Of a stretch of 64,000 nucleotides of DNA, positions 53,956-64,000 are shown piece by piece. The stretch is taken from contig OZ024751.1 of the NCBI GenBank assembly GCA_964016885.1, forward strand, positions 28,954,001 through 29,018,000, read 5' to 3'. A program made the position numbers and the translations under genes. The notes under the pieces were generated by a model, which was given only the letters and a program-made list of their open reading frames with translations, was not told the origin of the DNA and did not search any database. This DNA comes from Eledone cirrhosa. Its lineage: Eukaryota. Each line of letters starts with the position of its first letter. Position 1 is the stretch's first letter.

Positions 53956-54496
53956 ATATATATATATATATATATATACTTTTATGTGTATATACATGGA
54001 TATTTCTTCCATGTGTACATATATGAAGATATGTTTGTATGTATACTTGTAAGATTGTAAGTAAAGATATATATATATATATATTTATGTGTGTGTGTGT
54101 GTGTGTGCATGTGTAAATATATGTTAGGCAGCACTATAGAACCTGTAAAAATGCACAACTCTGTAGAATGTTTAACATTTTTCCATATATTCCATTAGAT
54201 GTTTATAACAGTTATGAATATTTATGAAAATTTCTTGCTGCTTTGGACTAAATAATCGCTACAAGAGGTTGCTATGATAAGAGACAAGCCCTTTGGCTAA
54301 TTACAATCTATATTGACAACCCCTTACTCTCTACTTCATACCCCCCACTTCTCTCTTTCTTGCTCTGTATTCCTGTGTATGTGTGTATATATACGTGTAT
54401 ATATATACGTGTATATATGTGTGTCTATATGTGTGTGTGTATATATATATATACATATGCACATATATATATATACACACATATATATATGTATAC

Positions 54497-54527
<31 letters not shown>

Positions 54528-54657
54528 CGTATATATATATATGTATATATATATATGCTTATATATATGTATATATACGTATATATATATATGTATATAT
54601 ATATATATGCATATATATATGTATATAAATATGCATATATATATGTATATATATATG

Positions 54658-54689
<32 letters not shown>

Positions 54690-54757
54690 CATATATATAT
54701 ATGTATACATATATATATATATACGTATATATGTATACATATATATATGTGTATATA

Positions 54758-54803
<46 letters not shown>

Positions 54804-55060
54804 TACTCACATATATATATATACACACATATATATATACACACATATATATATACATATATATATATAGATATATAGATACACACATATATATATACAC
54901 ACATATATATATATATATATACATATATATACATATATATATATATATATACATGTATATATATATATATCTCACTGTGTATTCCTCTCTCTATCTATCT
55001 GTCTCGGTAGTCCTGTCTACCTCTCTGTTTATCTGGATACCTCTCTCTCTGCTGCTGCTG

Positions 55061-55113
<53 letters not shown>

Positions 55114-55274
55114 GCTGCTGCTGCCACTACTACTACTACTACCACTACTACTACTAGTAATTCTTGTTTGCGTAAACTGTTCATATTTTTTCAGAACACT
55201 AAATATTGTACATGGAGGTGCAAAAAAAGCTTCCCCCAAATATACTAAAATATATACTAAAATTAAGATAAAAG

Positions 55275-55886
55275 TCATCATCATCATCATCATCACCGTT
55301 TTACGTCCGTTCTTCCACGCTAGCATGGGTTAGACGGGTTGTCCTGTTGTGGGCAGTGTCTGGTCGGCTGACCATGCCTTGCTCATACAGGAACTGATCT
55401 GGCTTGATTTCTACAGCTGGATGCCCTTCCTAACACCAACCTCATTTACAGTGGGTGCTGGGTGCTTTTTCGTGGCGCCTACATGTCCACTTTACAGTGT
55501 GGGCTGGGTGCTTTTTTGCCGTGGCACCTCCACGACCACCTTGCGGTGGGGGGGGGGGGGCATATTGTTTATATGCTTCAGCATGTACCTATGGGAGGTC
55601 GGGTACCCTGTATTACTGCGTGACGCCAGAAGTCACGGTCGTGTGTCATTGACTTTGAGAGGTGTAGTTGGGTAAGGTCGGCTTTTATCACCTCATCCCA
55701 AGTCATCTTGGGTCTCCCCACTCCGCGGTTTCCATCAACTTCTAGTGCTCTGCACCTTTTTGTGCAGCTGTCATCCTTCATACGCATCACATGTCCATAC
55801 CAGCGTAACCGCCTCTCCTGCACGCAGCATTTGATTCCTCTTATGCTCAGTCTCTCTCTCAATTCCTTTATGCTTTGTCGTTCATG
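55275..55886 (-). mobile_element. RTE LINE 3' end: ORF terminus, 3'UTR and (GAT)n tail
   Basis: RERLSIRGIKCCVQERRLRWYGHVMRMKDDSCTKRC..GNRGVGRPKMTW..DRDFWRHAV, continuous with the dispersed 3'UTR repeat. Confidence 0.93.
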
Positions 55887-55930
55887 TGTGTATATATAAA
55901 TATATGTGTGTGTACTTGTGTGAGGGAGTG

Positions 55931-55977
<47 letters not shown>

Positions 55978-56346
55978 TTCTATATATATTTCATGGTGAG
56001 ATGCTTTACTCTTGAAGAATCAATCAAACTATCCAAGCATGGAGCAATCACATGTACACATACACACACATTTATTTATGTACACACAGACACCCACCCA
56101 CACACGCATATATATATATATACACACACATACACACACATACAAGTTAGAATATTTAGAGCCAGTAAAATAAATTTTTTAAAAAGCCAGTCCCAGAAGA
56201 AGAAAGAAAATGGAGCAGAAAAAGAAAATGTTCCATATTTTGAATAAAATCAAAACATGGTGTTTAACATGAACTAAATTTGTAGGTATATATTTATTTA
56301 TAGAGTATTTACGTATCGAGAGAGAAAAAAAAAGGAAGGATAGGTG

Positions 56347-56560
56347 ATATATGTAGTTATTTGCCAAATATTGTATGCAGAAGGTGCTCAATACTAGTGC
56401 CGGCAGTATTAAATATTAGAAGTGTTAATATTTAGTGGGCGAGAGAGTTAGCAGAGTGGAAGCACGTGGAAAAGTAAGAAATCAGAGAACAGACCGTTAA
56501 TACATGTTTATTTAAATAAACATGTATTAACGGTCTGTTCTCCAATTTCTTACTTTTCCA
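56347..56560 (-). mobile_element. Family D short element ending in a 47-bp-arm loopless palindrome
   Basis: Arms 56467-56513 and 56514-56560 (2 mismatches); GTATTGAGCAC motif on the minus strand. Confidence 0.6.
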
Positions 56561-56682
56561 TGTATATGTATATATATGTGTGTGTGTGTGTGTATGTATA
56601 TGTGTGTGTGTGTATGTATATATATATGTGTGTGTGTATGTATATATATATGTATATATAGGTATATATAAGTATGTATATA

Positions 56683-56748
<66 letters not shown>

Positions 56749-56953
56749 TTTCTGTTGGTGTTTCTGTGTGTGTGTCTATGTGTTTAGTTGTTTGTGTATG
56801 TGTTTGGTTGTTTGTGTGTGTGTATGTCATTAAATACACACATGAACCAATCTTCTGACTGTGGTTGCTCAAATATTTCAAGCCATTCATGTTTTCATCT
56901 AAGTTTGTACATGTGCATACATGCATATGCATCTTTATACATACACATATATA

Positions 56954-57214
56954 TCATCATCATCATCATCATCATCACCGTTTTACGTCCCTTCTTCCAT
57001 GCTAGCATGGGTTAGACGGGTTGTCCTGTTGTGGACAGTGTCTGCTCGGCTGACCATGCCTTGCTCTTACAGGAACTGATTTTGGCTTGATTTCTACAGC
57101 TGGATGCCCTTCCTAACACCAACCTCATTTACAGTGAGTGGTGAGTGCTTTTTTGCCGTGGCGCCTACACGACCACTTTGCAGTGGGAGGGTATGGGGGC
57201 ATATTGTCTATATG

Positions 57215-57217
<3 letters not shown>
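56954..57217 (-). mobile_element. RTE LINE 3'UTR/tail fragment
   Basis: Near-identical to 55275-55577. Confidence 0.88.
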
Positions 57218-57252
<35 letters not shown>

Positions 57253-57608
57253 CATGTGTATTTTAAATATATGTATATATATATATATATAATCATGTGT
57301 GTTTTAAATGCATGTAAAATGATAATGATGTGTATGTGTACACCCCCCACTCCCACACACACATATACACACACATACACACATATATTCATGCACACAC
57401 ACACTTCTAAACATTCTGACAAAAAAATGTTCACTTGTGTGTGTATATAATATAAAATATATATATATATATATATATGCAAAAGTTCTATTTAAATTGT
57501 TGGGATACAACAAGCAAATATTTTTATAACTGATATAAAGCACTCAACAAGTATTTGGATTAAACATACGATATTAACAAATGGAAACTATATTTATAAA
57601 ACCATATT

Positions 57609-57673
57609 TATTTTATTATACATATTTCAAGGACACCACGTTAAATTATGGTGTGCTTTCATCAGACAAAATA
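57609..57673 (-). ncRNA. Type-I hammerhead ribozyme (AUA site, cut between 57617/57616)
   Basis: TATTTTGT CTGATGA AAG-C-ACACCA-loop-TGGTGT-C-CTT GAAA TATGTA TA ATAAAATA; 8-bp stem I, 9-bp stem II, minimal stem III. Confidence 0.7.
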
Positions 57674-58009
57674 CAATATAGATCAGTTTTATAAATAAAT
57701 ATTGACATACCCTTAAAAAATGCAACCATTACTGTTGGAAGCTCCCGGATAGTGGAGTCGTTTACTTATATTATTATTAGTATTGGATATTTTTATTTTT
57801 AAAATAAGTCGTTGGGTTACAGAGAAAGAAAAAGGAGAGAGAGAAAAAGACAGAAAGAAAGAAAAAAGAAAAAATTATTATTATTATTATTTTTTTTTTT
57901 GCATATGTATATATATGTATATATATATATATGTATATATATATAAACAATTAAGTTTTTATATATATGTATATATATATATATGTATATATATAAACAA
58001 TTAAGTTTT

Positions 58010-58058
<49 letters not shown>

Positions 58059-58149
58059 GTATATATATATATATATATGTATATATATGTATATATATAT
58101 GTATATATATATATATATGTATATATATGTATGTATATATATATATATG

Positions 58150-58181
<32 letters not shown>

Positions 58182-58253
58182 TATATGTATGTATATATAT
58201 ATAGGTATATATATCATCATCATCATCATCATCGTTTAACGTCCATCTTCCAC

Positions 58254-58297
<44 letters not shown>

Positions 58298-58328
58298 ATA
58301 TATATATATGTATGTATATATATATATG

Positions 58329-58393
<65 letters not shown>

Positions 58394-58794
58394 TTATATA
58401 TGCATATATATTTACACACAAATACTTCAAAACACACTGACTAATAATGTTTGTACATGTGTGTATGTGTATTTTAGTTGGTACAGTCTTTACGTTGTGT
58501 ATACTAGCAGATGACTTCTCCTCCTGCAACCAAATGTATGAATTGGCAAACACTTCCAACCAACAGTATTTAATTGTATTATTGCCAATACTGCTTGAAA
58601 ATTTGATCTTTGTATTTGTTGTGTTTCTTCATATTGTCGTTGTTGTTGTTGTTTGTATTGCAAAGTGTGCAGACTTTTGGTAAAAAAAAAAAAAAGATAT
58701 TTACATTGAAAGACTGGTTGACTTAAGAAACATTAGGAAACTTTGAAAATTTGAAATGTGGTCTTTCCAATGCAAATGACCATAATAATAGTCT

Positions 58795-59530
58795 TTTTCT
58801 TCTTTGCCCACTTATTCTTGGGAAGGTCTTGGGTGCAGAATCCTGAAACACTCTTCCAGCAAGTCCTATTAACCTTTTAATGTTTACATTACTCTATATT
58901 TACTATTGTATTTTCATGGTAAAGGCCTTACCTCACATAATTATCTCACATATTATTGAATCTATGAGATTTTGATGTTATTTATTTTGAGAACAATACC
59001 TTAACATCACTATGAATTGCTGTTACACCTGGTTTGAACAGAAGGAGGTGAACAAATTCTGGCTAGATATGGCCAGTTTAAATGCTAAAGGGTTACAGCA
59101 ACCATTCCCAAGCAGGACTAGCCAAGCTCTTGGATGTTATCCAACCATCTTGCTCAGGGTCTACCCCTGTGTCTCCTGCTGGCTTGTGTGGCCCATAAAA
59201 TATATCCATCAACTCCTCTTTCCTGAGACATTCTAACAAGATGTCCATACTATTGGAACTGTGATCTCTCAATTCAGAGAAGTAGCAGCTCTACCTGGAA
59301 CAACCCTCTGATTTCCAAGCTACGCACTCCATCAACTCTTTCCTGAGAGATTCTAACCAGATGTCCGTAATATCGGACCTGTGATCTCTCAAATTGGAGA
59401 AGTAGCAGCTCTATTGGAGAAATAGCAGCTCTATTGGAGAAGTAGCAGCTCTATTTGGAATGACTCTCTGATATTCAAACTAGAAACTCTATAGAGTAAC
59501 ATTACTCCTAAGACCCTTCAGAGGTACCCA
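58795..59530 (-). mobile_element. LINE (RTE-like) 3' fragment split by MITE M1
   Basis: IERSQFQ*YGHLVRMSQER..RRHRGRP*ARWLDNIQELG; same family as 15350-15535. Confidence 0.75.
58873..59092 (-). mobile_element. TTAA MITE family M1
   Basis: TTAA|CCTTTTAATGTTTA ... TAAATGCTAAAGGG|TTAC. Confidence 0.88.
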
Positions 59531-60412
59531 ATATCAATAATAGTTGAGAAAATTGGGTAGTGTTAGCTTAGAAATGGGAAAGCATGTATAAGTGTATGTA
59601 TGTCATATATAAGTATATGTTTGCATGCATGTGTGCCTGTATGTTTGTGTATATATATAATACATTAGAAAACTTTATCTTGTTATTTAAAGCTAATACC
59701 AGGGCCATTAGTATTTGATAGAGATGTTTGCTGCTTTTTTCTTCTTTAAATTAAAATTATGACAATAATACTAATAATAATAATAAAATTAATGGTAGAA
59801 TTTAGTCAATTAAAAGATCTTGTAAATATAAAAACTAGGAAACAAATAAAAAGACTGTAATAGATTATAAACTTGACAGTATAAACATATTGTATCTTGA
59901 TTAAAATGTTCATAGGTTGTGGTGGATAGTAGTGATGGTAGTGATGGTGGTGTTACTTGTGGTGGTTGTTTGTGATGGTAGTGGTGGTGGCGGTAGCATT
60001 GGTCTTACTAGTGTTGGTGGTGGTAGTGTGCTTCATGGTGATGATAGTAGTGGTTGTTGTTTGTGAAGGTTGTAGTGGTGGTAGTGGTGGTAGTGGTGGT
60101 GATAGTATTAGTCATAGTAGTGGTAGTAGTGTTGATGGTAGTGATGGTGGTGGTGTAATGGTGTTAGTGGTAGTGTCAGTTGTGGTGGTTAGCTGTGATG
60201 GCAGTGGTGGTGGTGATGGTAATAGTAATAGCAATGGTGGTGGTGGTAATTGTAATAGCAGTGGTGGTGGTGGGAGAGGTGGTGAGTTCATGAAATTAAA
60301 TGAAGAAAACGTAATAAAATTTAATAGCAATCGAATAAATCAAATTCAATGTTGTTTAAGTAAACTCATTGTTGGCAGGACGTTTAGAAAAATATATTAT
60401 AAATTAAAATAT

Positions 60413-60945
60413 CATCATTATCACGGTATGTCCACTTTCCATGCTAGCATGGGTTGGACGGCTTCTCATGGTCCAGGATTACAAGACCTAAGGCGACCAT
60501 GTCTTGCTCCTATGCTACACATTTTGGCATGGTTTTTCTGTGGCTTGATACCATTCCTATCACCAACCTCTTTGCAGAGTCTTCTGTGTTCATTTTATTG
60601 TGACACTGACATTATTACTTTACACACAGTACTGTGTGGGGTTCATTTTATTGTGTCACCAACACTACCACTTTACAGTGTGTACTGGGTGCATTCTATC
60701 ATGTCACTAACACTACTGCTTTACAGTGTGTACTGGGTGTATTTTATTGTGTCACCAACACTACCACTTTATGGTGTGTACTGGGTGCATTTTATCGTGT
60801 CACCAACACTAACTACTTTATGGTGTGTACTGGGTGTAGCACTAGTGAGGTTGTCATATCTTTCACACAATTGAAAAGTCCTCTCAGTCTCTTGTCTATC
60901 ACAAACTACCTCACAGAATGTACTGGGTGCATTTTATTGTGTCAC
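60413..60945 (-). mobile_element. Diverged RTE-type 3'UTR/tail with an internal ~48-bp tandem expansion
   Basis: TTTCCATGCTAGCATGGGTTGGACGG tail; TTTTATTGTGTCACCAACACTACCACTTTACAGTGTGTACTGGGTG repeated. Confidence 0.75.
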
Positions 60946-61477
60946 CAGCGACCGTCTACTATCGATATAACACCAAATTACCAGGTTGTCCCTGAATCAA
61001 ATCGGTCCACTATTTTCTTTTTTTTTTCTCTTCTATGTTTGGGTTCAACATAACCCTGTTACATAATTCTGCAAATAACACCTGATGAGACCATCCTGCC
61101 TTGCATCATAATCGGATGATAGAGCTGGGCCTTCGAAATATGTATATTGCTTTCACGGAATTAAAATTCTAAAATAAATTTTCCAGTCCTGAGATTTCTG
61201 TTGTTGTTTTAACCCTTTACTCTATATTTACTGTTGTATATTTATGGTAAAGGCTTTATCTCACATAATATCTCACATAACATTTACATTACTCTATATT
61301 TGCTATTGTATATTTACGGTAGACGCTTTATTTCACATAATTATCTCTCATAATATTGAATCTGTGATATGTTGATATCATTTATTTTGAGGACAATAAC
61401 TTAACACCAGTATGAGGACACACATGACTGGCTCCAATACAGTTTCTGTCTATCAAATTTAGCTCACCCAATAAGTA

Positions 61478-62137
61478 TCAGGTTGTTCCAGAAGTGAATG
61501 GAGGTTTTTAAACATTAATTTTAAAACAACATATCTCAGACCAAAATAAACTTTATTGATTAAAATAAAAACCATTAGAATCTACACATTTTTGCCAACA
61601 AGGTACATGTTTATTTATTCCAATGACAGTCTGAAGTTCTGGCGCCAATGAAAAGCACTTTTTGTGGCTGGTTTGGTTGTTGAAGATTTTTCCTTGTAAG
61701 AAGTTGTCAAAATCCTTGTAAAAGTTAAAATTGATGGTTGGTTGGTGAAAGATCTGATGAGTATATTGGATAAGACAATGTTTCATAGCTCAGTTCACTC
61801 AACTTCTTTTGCATTGGTTGGTTGTGTGATGTGATGTGATGTGATGTGTGATTAACCCTTTACCATTTAAACCAGTCATATCCGACCAGAATTCTTTCAC
61901 CTCTTTCTGTTCAAATCGGCTGTAATCAGCCGTTCATACTGTTGTTAAGGTATTGTTCTCAAAATAAATAATATCAAAATCTCATAAATTCAATATTAAG
62001 AGAGGTAAAGCCTTTACTGTGAACATATAATAGTAAATATAGAGTAATGTAAATGCTAAAGGGTTAAGCATTGTCATGCAAGGGGTTGGGGATTGAACCT
62101 TTTCTATTGACCATTGTCAGGCACATAGGCTGCAGTA
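61478..62137 (-). pseudogene. Mariner (Hsmar1/cecropia-like) transposase 3' fragment plus TIR, interrupted by MITE M1
   Basis: VNRK...LHDNA [MITE] QKKLSELSYETLSYPIYSSDLSPT..DNFLQGKIFNNQ..GINKHVPCWQKCVDSNGFYFNQ; TA|TCAGGTTGTTCCAGAAGT terminus. Confidence 0.9.
61856..62063 (+). mobile_element. Full-length TTAA MITE M1 nested in the mariner
   Basis: TTAA|CCCTTTACCATTTA ... TAAATGCTAAAGGG|TTAA. Confidence 0.92.
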
Positions 62138-62171
62138 TAAAATTCATTAATGTTTTTAACTAGTTGCATAA

Positions 62172-62285
62172 ATTGAAGCAACATTAAATAAAGTGTCTTG
62201 CTCAAGGTCACAATTCATTGCCAGCATTTGAACTCATGACCTAACGATTGTCAGTTAAATAACCCTCACCACTAAGCCATGCACT
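62172..62285 (-). mobile_element. SINE family S2 fragment
   Basis: AAATAAAGTGTCTTGCTCAAGG, TTTGAACTC, CCACTAAGCCA. Confidence 0.75.
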
Positions 62286-62551
62286 TTCACCCTTACATTA
62301 TATATCAATGGTAATTAATAAAGAATACTAGGAGTGGATGTTAAAACACATTGCTTCATAAACCTGAAATGGATGCTCTTTTCAAAGGATCTTCCTATTG
62401 TATTCTGAAATTCATTGATAGACCTGCTCTGAACAAAAAAACAACAACCAACAAAGAAAGCTTTATATTGTTGCTGCTATTGTTGTTGGTAATGATAATG
62501 TTGTTGTTGTTATTGTTACAGGGCTCATTATTGTCAGCATTATTATTGTTG

Positions 62552-62588
<37 letters not shown>

Positions 62589-63018
62589 CCTCTGAATCAG
62601 TTTATTATATTCCTTTCTATTCTATTGTGAAACACACGCATTACACATATACACAGTCTCTCTCTCTCTATCTCTCCCCCCCTCTCTCTATATATATATG
62701 TATGTATATGGTAGATATGTGTGTAACTATAGTTACAGTTGGTTTGTGGTTTAAAGCACTCAATGCTGTGACAAGGTTGCATCTCGTGTAGGGTTTATAC
62801 TTACTATACTCCAAGGTTAAGACTGCTGTGACATGTAGAGTGTAAATCAAGTAAGCAGGAATGGAGTGAAGGTAGTACCATGAATGAACTTCATTGCATA
62901 TGGTAATTGTTCCAATATCGATCAGCTCAGGGCTTGATCATAATGATCGGAGGGTGTCTCTGCGCTGACATCTCATCAGATATAAGTGTTCATAAGCACA
63001 GAACACATTCAATATATA

Positions 63019-63212
63019 CCATATATACTCAAATATAAGTCGAACCCCCCACTATTTTATGTCTGAGAAATGGGTAAATATCCCAACCTTATTTACTTAT
63101 AATTTGAAGTTGGTGAAAATTCTCAAAATATTGACCCCGAATATGAGCCGACCCCCTTTTACTATCAATGTTTGGGTCACATATTCCTCGGCTCATATTC
63201 AAGTATATACGG
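63019..63212. mobile_element. TA-flanked Tc1/mariner-pogo-type MITE
   Basis: TIRs CCATATATACTCAAATATAAGTCGA / TCGGCTCATATTCAAGTATATACGG with TA TSD. Confidence 0.85.
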
Positions 63213-63834
63213 TATATATAAAAACCTAGTATTTTAAGCCCATTTCCCCTGCTTAAAGCAGGGGTTAGCCTTGCTGGATTCATGACAGGCTTCATACACA
63301 TCATGGGGTTTTTTTGAGGCAATGTTTTACAGCCAGATGCCCTTCCTGGCACCAATGCTTGTAGTAACCTCTTGCAACCTGCAGAGATATAGTCTACCTA
63401 TTTCAAAACTGATTTACACAACTGAAATCTTCATTCTGAGGAAAGATAACTTCTTTACTTGCCCCACAAACGACTTGCAGATTACCATATATAGTCATGT
63501 ATAGATTACCATATAAAGTCACATGTTTTCGTATGGAAACATCATGTGGAAAAGCCACTTATCTATTGGACGTAATGGTATAGTGCAGTGGTCGCCAACT
63601 GGTGGTCCGCAGAAAAATCTGGACATTATTTGCAATTTTTATGTTTTATTAGTAATAAAAAAAACTAAAAATAACACCTTGCCTATGAACAAAGCGAAAC
63701 CTACAGTCAGTAGGCAACTCTTAACCAAATATACACCCTATCCCACTACCTCTACTCTACCCCCACTACCACCAACACTATCCTTTCTCTGTAAAGTTAT
63801 GTTGGTACCACAACATCCAGTCCAAAATAAATGA

Positions 63835-64000
63835 GGTCGTGTAGGTGTCACAACAAAAAAAACACACAGTCCACGCTGTAAATGTGGTTGGTGTTAGGAA
63901 GGGCATCCAACCGTAGAAAACCTGCCAGACAGTCCTATACGAGCGAGGCATGGTCACTCGACCAATCTTGCCTCAAGTAGGACAATTCCCGTCTAAACCC
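63835..64000 (+). mobile_element. RTE-type 3'UTR fragment (runs off the window)
   Basis: Reverse complement of the 13860-14060 type sequence. Confidence 0.8.

Noticed and set aside
61750-61765. CTGATGA motif
   Set aside because: It is the antisense of the mariner YSSDLSP codons and lacks a downstream core.

Overview
This is a repeat-saturated eukaryotic window with no intact protein-coding gene, and nearly all track ORFs are microsatellite artefacts. The mix of (TA)n/(GT)n/(GGT)n tracts, RTE LINEs and tRNA-derived SINEs suggests a coleoid cephalopod such as Octopus (inference). Mobile elements seen: 3' fragments of RTE-clade LINEs (with a Cys/His finger inside the RT), two tRNA-headed SINE families, a ~220-bp TTAA-inserting MITE (about 8 copies), a decayed Hsmar1-like mariner, TA-flanked MITEs and a non-autonomous Helitron. 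There are also several minisatellites and a few weak candidate exons. The most notable signal is a set of short non-coding elements, mostly in or beside (TA)n, that carry type-I hammerhead ribozyme folds. Three are complete (45180-45252, 52426-52486, 57609-57673, all minus strand) and three are decayed. Several more are 3'-half ribozymes whose 5' end is replaced by a fold-back inversion at the ribozyme. These otherwise dissimilar families share a GAG(T/C)ACTC-like motif near their 3' ends, consistent with Penelope-like pLTR/retrozyme-type elements. All structures were derived by eye and need computational and experimental confirmation.
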